A stretch of 64,000 bases of DNA from Catajapyx aquilonaris (Eukaryota). The stretch covers positions 1 to 64,000 of the forward strand of contig KZ538398.1 in the NCBI GenBank assembly GCA_000934665.2. Reading direction: 5' to 3'. Shown one piece after another: positions 24,742 through 39,366 of this stretch; the stretch's first letter is position 1; each line of letters begins with the position of its first letter. The notes under the pieces are model-generated. The model did no database searches, was not told where the DNA came from, and saw only the letters and a list, made by a program, of their open reading frames with translations. The position numbers and the translations under genes are program-made.

Positions 24742-27700
24742 TACCCTAGATGAAATCATAGCGCTGCCTACCAAATGTACCCAACAGTTAGCAACAGGAG
24801 TCCATCTTTACAATATGCAATCTTGCCAACCTGCAAAAATCAGTACTGCAGTATATGAAAAGTTGGCTACAGAGGCATGAGGGTAGCACAACCGGCAACG
24901 CAGCTCCTCCACAACCTTCCATATATTCCCCCCCTACACCCCCACTTTCAGATCGATGGCGGCTCGCTGCTTTGGTCGCGCCCAACAATAGGCGGCGCTG
25001 AAAGGAGGCCGGAAGTGGCGCCTCCGACCAGGGAAGCCTTTGCCAATCCACTTTTCCAACCTATTCTACCCAAATTATTTTTTGGAAGCCCCTAGGCTTA
25101 CTTACTAGCCAAGGAAAAATCTGGGCAGTGCTAGCTAAATGTTATAAGCAGTAGAGAGTGCAAAACTGAAACAAAACACGCAAACGCCACACCTATTGGT
25201 ATTTTCAGGCTGGAGGGACGAAAAAAAAAACACCACTTAGCCTCAAAACAAACAGGTCTTTTAAAACAATACCTTCGAAGCAATGTGGTAGTAACACGGA
25301 ATGAAATTGGCGTTGGTGCCGTTGCAGTACAATGCCTCTAGTCCACTTCTCCCTGTTTAACTGCTGTGGACACTAGCTCTTGGATTTCCATTACCCAGCC
25401 TCCAGCCACCATGTTTAAGAGATGGTGGGTCATTTCTCAGAGTCCGCAAGGTGTAAGTGATGGGAAGGAAGAGATGCTTTGCATCGCATGGTATGGCTCG
25501 TGAGACTCCCACTTATGGATCAATCCTTTGAACAGAGCGCTTTGCTTGCGAAGTTATTACACTTGTAATTTAAGTACCTGGCGGCATCACAACGTAACAA
25601 GGTGGAAGTGAGAAGATGTTCACGAGGCACTTGACAGATGTCTGTCAGAAGGTTACATAATAGTCAAATGAATAGATTGACAGGGCAAGATTTACAGTAG
25701 CATTTAAATGACAAACTGATATTAATGCATGTCTGTAATAAACTGTAATTTTTTTAGGAGTGTATTCACACCTATAGATGAGCGGAAAAACACATTAATA
25801 GCGTAATACTTCAACCAACCTTTCGGTTTTCACTTTCATTTCACCGAACATAACCAAATAGTGTATAGGCCTACTGTAATTCATACGTGGCGTATAATAA
25901 CTCTGAACAAATGCAATTACGAATAGCGCACATTGCCTGACTCTTGTGCCCCCATAAATATTATTCAACATCAAACACTTCAGTGGATATGCTTCCTATT
26001 CGAGACTGAATTGCTTTCAAATCAGGTTAATATATAGATTTGTATTTACAAATCACAAAGTGAAATGAAATGTGGTTTTTTTTTGAGGGGTGCTCCAAAA
26101 AGGAACCGCCTGAATGCTGGTTCCCTCGGGTTGCACTTTTGATGAATCGCATTGAATCCCCGTCAGAGAGGAGGAAGGTTGGTTGGAAAGGAAAGAAAGA
26201 GGAAAAAAAGGGAGAGAAAGAGAGAGAGAGAAGGAGAAAGAAAAAGAATGGTCGTGTTTGACCTAGGCACCCCGTGGTGACGTCCGACATTCCTCCTGCG
26301 TGCGCCGCAGCAAAGAGAGGAATCGATGCTGAGTCTCTCCAAAATGCACGTAGAGTGTGAGAAAAGGGGCCAAGCCCACAACCCAAGCCTCGGCTCTATC
26401 TCATTACGCCATGCCAATTGATCAGATTCAGCGCCTACCATTATTCTCCTGCCTGAGGAATGCCTCCCACACCCCCACCCACTAACCCACTACATCTAAG
26501 GAATATTCTCCGGCCGGAGGAATCGCTCAGCAAAGAGAAGGCTAGAAAAAGGAATGGAACTGAAAAAAAAGAAAAGAAAAGGTTTTTCAGCTGCCTCACC
26601 AGAGAGCTGGTGAAATTGAAAATGGGCCTGATGAGAACTCATTTTCAAGACGATGCTACTCTTCTCAGCTTTTCTTCCGGTTCGAAGAGAATGGAACATT
26701 ACTTCATATAATCCACCTATGCAGCATGTTACCACCAGGTTATGATAACCTGGTGGCTCGATTCTGACTGTATTTCCCACCTGTGCTGCCATCATACAGC
26801 CACCGCCACAATCATTCATGAATAGTAGTGCCATCTATCAGCTGGGTCACTTCTTCATGCAGGGAGTGTACCTGAATCTGTGGGATTACTCAAGAATCAG
26901 GAGGACTAGAGAGAGTGGCGAGGCAAAATGCCAACCGAGTTTGCGGCTTGGCTGCTGGAAGCCAGTCTCAAGCAACTGCACTTTCATGCATGGGTGGCCT
27001 CAGGATCGCACCGACCACTTACCCGACACGCGCTTCTTCCTCCAAACTTGCAAACTTTCTTTCGAACAAACTTTTCTAAGTGTGGACATGCCCTACATGT
27101 CGCGCCTTTCAGCATTTTCCTCTGGTCATGCGTGTCTTTAGTATAGAATGGCACCACCTGCGAACCGTCACGATTACATAGCTATAGGAACTTGTTAAAA
27201 ACGAGAAACGTGATAGATCCATACAGGACTGGTTCGCCTTTGAAGTGTAATTATAAAAGGAAACCTTTGAAGCACGTGCCCTAACAGCACACAGCGATAT
27301 ATATCGCTCAGAACCTTTTTTTATATTTTTATTTTCCGTCTGGTCTCTTGTGCTCTCTTGATCCCTATATGGCTTCATAACCATATCGCCCTTTATTCTG
27401 GGAAATTTGATGTCGAAAGCTTGATTTTGAAAGGAGTTCCTATAAAATGACGGGAAACCTGATGGTAGTAAACACTTGTCGAGTGTAGAAAGCGAATAAT
27501 CACCGTCGACCCAGTTTTGCTCGTGGAGAGTTCAGCTCCAACATTTTTTTTTCTATCTCTCTCGCTCTCTCTCTCTCTAAAGTATACGCTTATCTCTGCG
27601 AACTGGAAAACCTGTCCTATATTCGTCGTATTTGAGCAAGTGCCTTTGAGCCTCACGCTGGAGCCATTTCAAAATGGGATATCTGACTCTTTTGTCGGCT

Positions 27701-29050
27701 GCCACTGCAGCAGATTGTGGACCCTTTGCACTGATCTGCATAAGATACAATATTATTAAGAGCGAATGTTGAAATTTTGCCCTTCAAAACTACCCTAATT
27801 CACATCTCCGTGCCTTTTATAGTCTCACTCGATTTGGATATCAATATGCAATGGCTAGTTCAGATCGAATATGTTCGAATAAAAAGGTGCAATACAGTGT
27901 ACAGGGTGATACACTACCTCCAACAATCTCGCATATATCAATTTTTAGCTTATTTCCATGTCCATAATAAGGTTATCATCCCAAAATGATAATACGCAGT
28001 CAACCTTTCAGCTCCAAAGTTTAGAACCAAAGAGTCAATAAGAAACATTTTCAGTGGTGTCTCTGCGCGTCTGGCTGGCGTCTGGACTAATTCCTACTTC
28101 TTCACAAAAATCTTGACTCGAGGCCTTTGGAGTGGAGTGCAATGTCAAAAGCACCCCTTCTGTCGTCTCATTTGCCTAGCAAAGCCCCGCCATAGCGTGA
28201 CGGCTTATTAATTTTTTTTTTTAGAGGAATTCCGAAAGCGCAGTGCTTGAAATTAATGCGCGATTACGCCATCAACGGATCTCTCTCCCTTTGATGATGC
28301 ACAGCTCAAGAATGCCATCCAGTATCAATACTCGCTATTTTACGGCCGCAGCGCTTTTTTGGTGCCTGTCATCTGGCGAGCTAACCAGCTTCCTAAACAT
28401 TCTTTGCCGGCCATGATCCTACTGATGAGCCCGGCAGTTAAAAAATAAAACAAAACCAATACGAGGCACTTGGCTGGAGGGACCCCCATCAGCATCAACC
28501 ATACTTCGTATGTCCCATATTGCACAGGCTTTCATTGGCTAGTTTCTGAAGGCTGGAGACAAAATCCTAGTCCACCCCTTGAGTAAAGAAGTTTAATCCC
28601 CGGATGGAAGCCGACGGGCCTTCCTTCCAACCGAACTGCAGCAACAACATGGCGTCCCAGGGCTGCAAAACTACCATGCACGGCACAGTGCAGAAAGTTT
28701 TGACCAGAAAGTAGTTATTCTACATGCTTATTCAAAGGCAAGTTTTCAATTACGTTTAGAAAAAGTTTGAGGAGTGAGGACGGAGGATTAGGGGAAGTCA
28801 AATGTGGGTTACATATTTCATCGTGTACCTTTTCTATGTAGAGCTTAACAAGGAAGAAAATTGAGTTTCTATTGCTTAGCAGGGTGACATATGTGAGATT
28901 AACATAGTTAATAAGAGAGCATTATTATACTCAAGAAAGATTTCTATGAGGTCACATTAGTATGATTTCCAGATGAGAGCTTGAAATAATGTTAGCAAAA
29001 TGGGTAATTTGCAGGATGCTTGATAATGTGTACTAAGAAAATGTGAAACC

Positions 29051-29233
29051 TAGTAGTGGAAACCTTGGATAAAGAGGGGAGATATTGGGGTCAAAGGTAG
29101 AATTATTTCAGGTTCCTGGCATCTTCTGTGGCTACTTGAAACTTGAAAATTGCCAAGGCAGCACTTGACCCCAATATCTCAGTTCTTTATCCCTTCTCTG
29201 GAGTACTAGCTTACACGTTTCTAGTCCACACTA
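29051..29233. repeat. Degenerate inverted repeat (old MITE)
   Basis: gagatattggggtcaa / ttgaccccaatatctc and ggataaaga / tctttatcc. Confidence 0.5.
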
Positions 29234-32200
29234 CCAAACATCCTTTGCGCCAAAATATTAGTCGACCAAGCAAAATAGGTATACTACAGATTACCTATAA
29301 CTTGCTAACATTATCTGAAAATTACATTATCCTTTATGGGATTTTTCACACATTTCTTTAGGAGACTGTATTTCTCTAGTAGAAAACTGACGTGATCATT
29401 AGAAAACACATGTCAAAGACTGTACGATACAATGATTAACTAAATATATTTCAATCAAAATGTGACTAATCCTTAGGTATTTCAGGTCTTCAAAATAATC
29501 TTACTGACAATAATTCTCATACTTGCGATCAACAATCCAGCTCTTTTATTTTTCTTATTACTTCTTGTCGAAGAGTAAACTTGAGTGCAGCCTCTAGTTA
29601 TTAAATATTTGTAGTTCAAGTTCACCGTTCTAAATACTGATGCCAGGTACGGTAAGTAGGAGCATAGTGTACTCGGCGTAGTAGCAAATATTTGTTCAGA
29701 GTTTTTCCTGAGGTGATTTTACTTTTACAAGCACTTTTTTTTTTGGGGGGGGGGGGGAAGCAGATGCGACAATATGAAACGCTCCTCAATTAGGAATAAA
29801 TGGTTGGGAGGCATCAAAGCAGTCCAATACCCTCTTCACCACTCAGAACCTCATTCACTCTAGTCCTCTTGCAGTCAGTGACGAGCACATAAGGTCTGAT
29901 GTAAAGCACAGAAAATTACTATGGCGTAAATGAGGGACTCAAGAGTGCAATACTAGCGTCCTTAGTTCTCAAAGTTTTGCCGTGGGTATAGCCTATTTTT
30001 ATGTTATAATTTTTAAAAAAATGAAAAGTCCGACTCAGTAGTGAAGGACAGAAATGTGGTTTCAGGGTCACCCCAGGCATGATTGGAGGTATATGACGGT
30101 ATGGATTTTGAAGATTACATTTCCCCTTATGGGACCACTTTTTCACACATTTCTCTAGAGAACTGTAATTGTGTTCCATCGGAAACCTAACTTGATCATC
30201 AGAAAGTCCGAACCGAAGAGTGCAATAAGCAATTTTGACCAAAATCGCTCTGAATTTTAGGGTGCATCAAATAGCGATTTTAAAATAGCACTTCCACAAA
30301 CTGTTTGAAACTACTAAAAGTAATTTTAAGACGACCATGAAAACTTTTTATTCTTCGAAAGAAAGCCTGTAAGCCTGGATTTCCCAGACCAAAAATAGTG
30401 GGCAGCACTGTAGCCTTAACCACCATAGATAATCCTGCAAACTGTCGTGGGTCCCTAGACCCAAACCAGGAGGTCTGGGAGCCTACCCAGATTTGGTCTT
30501 GTCACCTGCTTCGGATGTAACTTGCGCGTCGCCAGGATAAACCTTCGTCTCTCTCGCTGCCACCAAAACCATAAACATTCAACTCACCTTTGCAATTCAG
30601 ATGACTTGGAAGCCGTGCTCCGGGAAGCCCCCCAGCAACTGTTGTGTTGTGTGTACCTCAACACTTTCTCTCCATTTTGGTACCGCGGTTTGAAATTTAT
30701 TCGGAAATTGCTACTTGTAAGTTTCAGAGCCTTGCCTCCGAGCAAATATGGTACATGGGTCATGACATCCAACTCGGAAATGTAATATGGGGGATAATGA
30801 TGAGAATCAGGGATTGTCAACAAGTACCTGAGGTCAAGTCGTAGTACTTGGCTAATAATATTTCAAATATTGACCCACTTTCTAAAAACAAATCTGACAA
30901 TCTGAGTAGGTCATTATCAAAACCAGGCTCGTGTTATCAAAAGTGTGTTAATTCCTGGTTACAGTGAACTCTGGAATGTGTTTTGTGTTGACATAGAAGC
31001 AAGAAAAATTCGGAATGGTATGCTCCAGCCTTACTAAATATGGTTAGTTAACATTTTCATCGCCACGTTTCCGCTTTGACTGGAGCAGTGAAAAATAGGT
31101 GCACGGGTTGCATACTAGGCACTTGGTTGGCCTTGTCGGAGAATTCCGAGGGATGTTGTTTCACCCGGCCAACTTTTGCAACTGCAGCCGACTCTGATCA
31201 ATATCCCCTATTTTTCGCTCCGTAGGCATCTCCAAATGGTGCTGTCTTTTTGGTCACGTTACCACCGCTTCCTACCTGATGCATGAAAAAACCGGTATCC
31301 ACTGCGGTTATACGTTAGCTGTCAAAAAAAATAATTTTTTTGAGTACTGAATATTTTTTAAAAGGCATCGCCATTGTTTGTATGTATCTCAACCCTAGTC
31401 CCGTTTTACTTCTTTGGAACAGTCCACGTACAAGCCCTCTCTGCAGAGCTTTCAAAAAGTTTGGCGCGCGAGCGTGTGTGTGTTCTGCATATAGCAATTT
31501 ATTCTAGGAGATGTATTACCCGTCAAGGCTTACGTATTCGGGACATTGGATAGGGCTAGGGGGAAAAAAAGGAAAGGAAAATTTTCTCTCCCGCTGTTTT
31601 TCCTACACTATCCTTCAGGTCAGGCTATATGTCAGTTACAAGGCTTAGCATATTAGAGGCTGTGGCTTGATTGAGGACTCTGCTTGTGTCTGTTAAATAA
31701 AATGGAGGAAGCCCGCCATCTTGTGCCTTGAATTCATCAGAATCTGGTGAAAAGATGGCGCACCGGCAGGATATTCCAGGCATCTTTCAGGTAGGCTACA
31801 TGTGATCGATAGCGTTTACGAAGAGCAGCTTTTGTTCAGCTGCGCCTGGGCCTGCATCTGGGGGTGTCTACAGCTAAATTTATCCATGGATCCTCTTTCC
31901 TCTACCACCCACAACTAGAAAAAAAAAAAGTGTCAAGCTCAACAGCCGCAATGCTCTGCTCGAATGGCATTAGGTCGGTGTGGAATAAATTTTAGAGAGC
32001 AGCATCCTAGATTTCACACTAGATACCTGTGTAGTAATGTAGGACACATGTTGTCATGTAGGACCTCCCCAAAAAACTGGGTCCAGCGAGCTATAATTAC
32101 AGGACAAGGACAAGTCCCGGAGCCCATTTTTTTGGAGGGGGGGTAGAGAGTTCGATCAATATGGTTTGTTTGTATAGTGTACATGCGTGCGGATAATGCG

Positions 32201-35200
32201 GATTCTAAATCGCAAGGAAATCTACAAACGCTCGACGTATAGTATTGACGAAGCAATCCGGATGTATTTTTAGGAACTATCTTGTTTGTAACAAGCAGAG
32301 AGATAATAATTATCGTCGGCGCAGGTCAAAAATGTCAAACTACATAATTTTCTTTGTGAAGTCATGAACATATGTGCACTTCATTTTAAATTCTTCACCC
32401 TTAAAAAAAACCGTTCGGGGGTTCTTTCCGCACAGTTAATGCAAGTTCCGCCGTGAAGGTACTTTCTGATTCTCTTTTGCCATTTAAACTTGAAAGTGCA
32501 GCGTGGGCTTGCAGACAGGCCCGCCGCAACTCGATTCCTTTGTGAACTCCCAAAGTTGATTGCCATACATCTTGGCCTAAATATGAGAAGCGCATTTTGC
32601 CTTTGCCCTCGAAACATTATTTGCTTGTAGGTATGACTAAAGGAATTGATCAAATTCTGTCTTCAAGGACAAATCTTTCTTGGTTACTACCCCCATCACG
32701 TACCATGCAGAGGGTTTAGGGATTTGGAGAAGTGGGCAGTGGGCGAGGTAAACGAGTTCCCAAAGGAGCTCAAGTAAGGTCCAAGGCCTACAGTATGCAG
32801 GGAATCCAAACATGCAGTCGAATTACTTTGTTATGGTATCAGAAACGTCAGTAGAATCTATGAAAAGCTAGTTCTCATTATCGTGATTAGTGCACATCAT
32901 CTACTACAACTATAGACTGGCATAAATGGAATTTGGAATGAGTTCATACGCAGTATACAAGCGGCTTTACTTGAATATCAGCAGGTAAGTGACGTCTTTA
33001 ATTAACATTTGAGAGAACTGTGAATCCTCTTTTTCGTGAAAGAACTCGCAAAGCTGGAAAAGACAAATTGCTCCTTTCATATGTGTCTCATTGACAACGA
33101 GCCTTTTGATCCATTACGATCTCCTTTTTGTACCTGTTCAAGTACTCTTTCTTTGCCTGGTGATTCTGTAAGAAGAGAGAGATGTAGGATGGCGCAATGA
33201 ATATTCCGTGAGAAAGAGAACAAGACTTCAAGGCCGCTGCTTATATTATGAAAATCCTGACAGACCTAGACTTTGAACAAAGACTGAAACGGAATGTGAC
33301 AAAAAGTTCTTTTGGAATCATATCGATCATGTGCGAGGCGTGAAGCGCAGCACGAATGCGGCCACAATTTAAACCAATCAGCTAGATTTCAGTTCTGTTC
33401 AACACCTTCAGAATATTATTATTGCATTCTGCACTGTCGTGATTGGTATGAACCTTGGTATTAATGTAATATAATTTTCAAATATTTTATGGGAAAGACT
33501 CTTGCATGAGTCTTCGCTAGTCATACAGTGTTTATCGATTAAAAGCGATGGTCGTTGCTCTCCAAGAAATTATGTGTAATCATTTCAGTATATACTGTAC
33601 ACTGAGTCTACAGTATGTAGCCTAATTATAATAACAGTGGACAGCAAATAGAAACAGGTCTATTCCTGGTGAGGCAAAATCAGGCAATAAATTCTTAATA
33701 ACAGCAAGGATTTGCCCTATTACTAATCTGTTTTCCTAGGCAACTGCCTACCTTGCCTGTAGTGCGTCTCCTGGTAGTGACAGTTTTGAACGTCGGTGCC
33801 AACAAGCTAAAGCTTTCAGCCAATCACCGAGTTGCTGTGCTCTCATGAAGGCACTGCAAGTTATACGACAACTTCTCTGCTAAAGCACCGTCCAAAAAAG
33901 GGTGAAGTGCAAAAGTGTCAAGGACACTCCAGTCCAAGATGCAAGCCATCTTATGCCAGGTGCTGCAGTGCAGTGTGGTAAAAGATCCTTGACATTCCTG
34001 TGCTATTCGCATTGACGAGGACAAGTACCGGTACATCTAATGAGTGGATGTCGAGTGGAAAGCTAGTAGACACTTGACTGGCTTGAGCTCTCTGGGTCGA
34101 GCATATTACTCGGCCAATGCAGAGAGAGCAGAGGGTATTACTAGTGCAAATGGCCCTATAGTATTTGAGTTCAAAAAGAGAATATGGGCTTAGAATGGAA
34201 GCAGTGATGGGTCACCTTGCATTGTTATTCAGACAGGGCAGCGTGGGAAGTTATAAAAGGAGATCTGACAGGTAAGAGGGTAACACCCACGCTAGCACTT
34301 AAGAAGCACTATGGTAATCCCTTTTGTGGCTGATGCAAGAACATCGGATTTGATTACTTAACTTCTGCTAACTTACAGTATGATATTGTGTTTATGTCAG
34401 TGTTTCGCAAAAGTAACCCACGGGTAAAATGACAGCGATGGAAGTTCAGAAAACAAAAATCTAACCTGAAGCTCTGTCAGAAACACGAGTAAAATATTTC
34501 TCAAAATACTGTAGATAGGCTAATAGTGTATGCATTGCATGGGTTTGGAGTGCACCTCAGTAAATACACAAGAACAATATTACACTTTGTACTCAAACCA
34601 TGTGTTTGCTTGCAGTCTCTATGTTTCTCTTTCAGCTTTTCACCACACAGGACTCAATTTACTATCCCTGCACACAAATTCTAACGACACCAATACTTTG
34701 AAAAACAGACTAATATATTTGAACGAATAAGTGGAAGAAGGATAACATTCCAAAAAAGTGGGAAATTAAACTGAGAAAACCATTTTGTTGATGTTTGTAT
34801 AAGCTACCCACTGAGTGTAAAAGGGGGAATATTCTTATCTCCCTCATTGTTGGAATCGGAATTGAAGTTTTCGTTGAGTGGAAGAAAGATAATATTCCTG
34901 GACTGTGGAACCTTTCAGTTGAAGAAATGCTCATGTGGAGCTCCCCAGTGTCAAAGCATATGGTGGGAAAGTTGCAATCAACTTCAAAAAGTAACACATC
35001 TCAAAATTCACCCACTACTTACCTGAAGAGTGCAATCCATTTTATGATAAAATTATAGAGGACAGTGACAACGATGAATAGAATCTGGTCGTATCATCAT
35101 CATTGTACAGTGTGAAACAATACAATTACGATTCGTAAGTTATATAAAATTTTGTGATTCGCGAGTCAGTGGTTTTGGCCATAAAAACTGTTATTATTAG

Positions 35201-36026
35201 AAATTTTACCTGCTGTCAAAGTATTGAGTGGAAAAGGGGTAACATTTCAGCATCTTTAAGTATTATTAATGATTAAAACACTAATGAGCATTTCGCTTTG
35301 ATATTTTCGGATGTAACACAGTCATATTGACTTTGCTTACAATTGCCTTTTGCCCAATAAAACTCATCGTTTCGTCAGAAAACGGCTTTTTTGTGTCTTT
35401 CCAAAACTTGAATGTTATCCAGGAACACTGGAATGTTATCCTTTTTCCACTCACCCGCTCATTTGCTCTAGGTTCAAGTAAGAAACTAGCTGAAAATAAT
35501 ACATAGGCCTGCAGCATATTTTACGAGTAGGCAAATACTTCAGTGCAAATTAGCCCTATTCTATGTACATTATTTGCTTTACTTGCACAAAAGCCCGGAA
35601 CATTTCTCGTGTTACAGGTGCCTCTCTTGTCACCGCAGAGCCACTATTTCAAAAATATTCTAGATACAAAATCTATGGAAGGTACGCAGAATACAGTATG
35701 ACAATCTCTACCACAAAATGCATGTATCCTCATTTATTGCTATCATAAGTACTTCTCGTCACCTGCACATGGTAACAGAGTATTAAATCCGCCTTGTTCG
35801 TGATAGAAGATGAACTGATTCTGAAAAAGCGATCTCAGCAGTATGACTTCGACATAATGGAGCATTGCACGCTTGCCCACTAACATGTATAGCCTACATT
35901 TCACTGTACAATATATGATGCTCGTGGCAAAAAAAATGGGAGGCTTGTCTATCACGCAGTAGCCTTGCACGTATATGACAATTTTACCTGCACTGCAAGT
36001 AGAACAAAAAAAAAAAGAGTTGATAC

Positions 36027-36978
36027 TCACCAACTGCTGGTCGTAGGGCTGTTGAAGCTGCTACTCCTGGAGTCGGGTCTTCCAGCGGCTGCCCTGTTTG
36101 GCGGACTGTTGCCACCAGCACCGCCACCTCCTCCGTTGCCTCCTCCATTCCCTCCTGCTGCTGCCGCTGCTGCAGCGGCTGCGGCTGCGGCTGCTGCTAC
36201 TGCCGCTGCCGTGGCGCTGTCCATTCCGGCTGGTGAGAATCTCACCACATCTTTATCCCTTCTTTCCCTACTGGACTCCATCTGGTCATAGGCTGTCGGA
36301 GTGGTCTCCTGCTCAGAACCCCTTTCCCTTTCCCCACTGGTCGATCCTCCACTTGCACTCCCGGACGCCACCGACGCACCCGAGCTCCCACCTCCAGCTC
36401 CCACTGACGCGCTTCCTCCTCCTATTGATGACCCTACTGACCCACCCGACCCTCCCGGTACTATAGCTCCACCACCACCACCTGCAGCTCCTCCTCCGCC
36501 AGCAGCTCCAACACTACCACTACCAACACCACCTCCACAGGCTCCGGAGGACTCTTCCAAACATACCGGGTGGTACAATTCCTCCTGTGCCGCGGCCGCC
36601 GCTGCGGCTGCGGCTGCGGCTGCGGCGGCTGTGGCCACTGCTGTGGCTACCGCGCTAGGAGGCAATTCTGAGGGGGCTAGTCGAAGAGTTCCTCGTGGAC
36701 CTCGAAGAAGAAGTTGGTCAGCATGAAAGCTAGTCCTGTCCACCAGAACCTCACGTCTAGGTTGATCATCAGACGTGGAGGCGCGAAATGGGGCCGAGGA
36801 GGGTCTCGCCGGTGGTGGATCCTCCTGACCCCGTGGCCGACCCGAGGCCGCTGCTGCTACGGCCACCGCTGCTGCTCGTATGTAGTCTGCCGGGGGTCGG
36901 AAGGCCTCCTCGGATGCTCCCGACCTACCCAAGCCCATTGGTGGGTTTACGTTTTCTCGGAGATGATAGTAATGTATG
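36027..36978 (-). CDS. Last identifiable coding exon of an uncharacterised low-complexity protein (poly-Ala, Gly/Ser-rich)
   Basis: GC-rich open frame of 316 codons in an AT-rich background. Acceptor ctttttgtcccacaacag|C is phase 2. It ends TGG TGA, which overlaps a GTGAGT donor at 36030. Confidence 0.85.
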
Positions 36979-37076
36979 CTGTTGTGGGACAAAAAGGTGC
37001 AATTGTTACACCTTTTTGCGGCAGTACACCTTTACAAACCAGGCGATGGCAATGCAACCTCACGGACGGTACTCAC

Positions 37077-37094
37077 TCGTATAAGTAGACTGCA
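37077..37094 (-). CDS. Candidate 18-nt frame-preserving microexon
   Basis: tatttcag|TGCAGTCTACTTATACGA|gtgagt. It is phase 2/2, has no stop, and lies 98 nt upstream of the next acceptor. Confidence 0.55.
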
Positions 37095-38894
37095 CTGAAA
37101 TACACATATCGTCATTTCTTAGCGCTTTACTGGCCGTCATTCGCAGGGTGTATTGCCAGAGCACTGTGCACTATATGTAATTTCGCTATGGGGGAATAGA
37201 CATACGAAATGTTTTAACTACACAGTGTGCAGTAAAAGTAATCGCAATTTGACATGTTGTATGGGAATAGAAACGTCATTCCGTAACACAGCTGTTTCCT
37301 TTCGGTTTTGTGACTAAACTCTTTACCGATAATTTTCTGTCGTGTTCAGAATAGGTGACAGCCTTGTGCTCCTAATATAGTTGTCACTTTGAGTGCATCA
37401 TTCTTTACAATATGACAATAGGATGTTCAAAACATGATAAACTGGCATCGTACATGTCACATGCCCCAATCGATTTCACGTTCATCCAGTAATGTATTCC
37501 AGATAACGCCTACTTTCTCAGGGCATTCTGTAAGATTATTGATTGAGGTGACGGTATTGACTTTTGCTTTGTAATTAACACTTTGTCCGATGGAAATAAA
37601 AATTAGCTGTTCTACAGCACAGTACGTGTATAATACAAGTAGATAGGTAAAAATGGCATGGTATGAAAGGTGTTATAGTCATATAATAATCGAGTAACTT
37701 CTCAAAACCTGTAGCATCTTGATTATAGGACCACACATGGCAGAAACCATGTGACCCATATAGGAAATTTATGTTTATTGTTTATTTACGTCGCCGCGGC
37801 ACTTTCTCTCCTGCGCCTAAGTCGCATAAGTTTTGCTCAGGATGGTACGAATGGGAACCTGCGCTGTAATAATATTATCCTGTAGCCTAGTGTACTGTAC
37901 TTTGCATATATGTATATACGAGGCCGATTTGCAGTATTGATCATGCAGGACGGATGGTTTCGATAGGTAGGTGCAAGGTAATCTAGGGCACGATACCATC
38001 AAATGCGAAGTGACCATTGGTCCAGCGCGAGGTCCAGCGTGTCATTTACTATGAGGCACTTTTGCATCGCATTCAAGTGACTAGCTGACCAGCTTGCTCG
38101 TGCTAAAACGACTATTCGCGGAATACACCCGTACAGTTGCGACACGACGCAGATTTTTCAGTGTACTGTACAGTAAATCATGCACCCATAATAAACTTAG
38201 TGCTGGAAGTACATATTATTATCAGGTAGGTCTAAAATTATTAACCTGGCACTATAGTAACAAATTCAATAGTTTTGAGCCCATGTCACTGACCTAATTA
38301 GGTGCCTCGATTAGTCCTGTCGATAACAGTTCCTGAAATCTCGTTATCACTAACGCTGTGTATTCTCAGAGGCCTTCCCCCACCTTCCCTACCTTCCTAC
38401 ACACAAATTCCTAATCACTTTCGTTTACCGAGAACGCGGAACAGTATAGGCTGGTGTGACGCATCAGTAACCGCAAACCTGACCTATTAAGACAAGAATA
38501 ATTATATTGTCGCTGCCAATGGGCCTCTTGCCTATCGACTGCGGTATTATTTCAAGACAGTATACCAAAGTCCTGTTTGCAGTGCACTGTATTGTACTAT
38601 ACAGTCTTACAGTCTGTAGCATTTTACGCTGGAGAATAATAGCCCTACATTACCGCGAGTTAAACAAACTCTATAAGCCTATACTGGCAGTTTATTTGCA
38701 TCTGTATTTCCTCATTCACAGCATGTATAATTTGTACTATGCTAATTAGCTGCGTTCCTATTTTTTTTCGGCGCACAGGTCGCCTAACGCAAACAGCTAT
38801 AATTTTTTTACATGCTGATGTCCGACTGTAACAGTTGTAAAAACAAACAAAACAAACAAACAACAGACTATGTTGCTGAGTGAAAGGTACGGAC

Positions 38895-39304
38895 CTGACT
38901 CCGCAGGGATAGATGAGCGGTCGGTAGTGTTGATGAAATGCCAGATCCCTCCTCATGTAGGGGTCAGAGAGGAGATCCCGGCTGACAGCAGGGTATCTTT
39001 CTAGAGTGGCGTGGAAGCGGTCCATCAAAGGATGCGCGTGGGGGTGCGGCGGATGAGAGTGCTGATGGGAAGAATGGTGGTGGTGATGATGATGGTGATG
39101 GGAATGCGGATGGGAATGCAGGTGGGACGGATGCGGAGCCGCGGGGTACGCTTCTCCTCCAGCACCACCGCCTCCGCCTCCGCCGTATCGCTCCCCCGCT
39201 CCTCCCCCACCGCATAAGTAACGTTCCGGAGCAGTCGCTGCATGCCTCTCCAAACCGCGAGCCTCGCCTGGGAAGCGCTCGGAGTACCTGACCTCCGGAG
39301 CCAC
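38895..39304 (-). CDS. Internal coding exon (ERY repeats, poly-Gly, poly-His, DPYMRRDL segment)
   Basis: Acceptor tctttgttctttcag|GTG is phase 0. Donor GTCAG|gtccgt is phase 2 and matches both downstream acceptors. Confidence 0.8.
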
Positions 39305-39366
39305 CTGAAAGAACAAAGATCCCAACTTGACCACCGCTTCCTCTCTCTTTAAGTCAGCTATCGTAC

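Noticed and set aside
35965..37088. Plus-strand Pro/Ala-rich ORFs
   Set aside because: Antisense shadows of the GC-rich minus-strand exon. GCN repeats read as poly-Ala on both strands, and the splice signals support only the minus strand.
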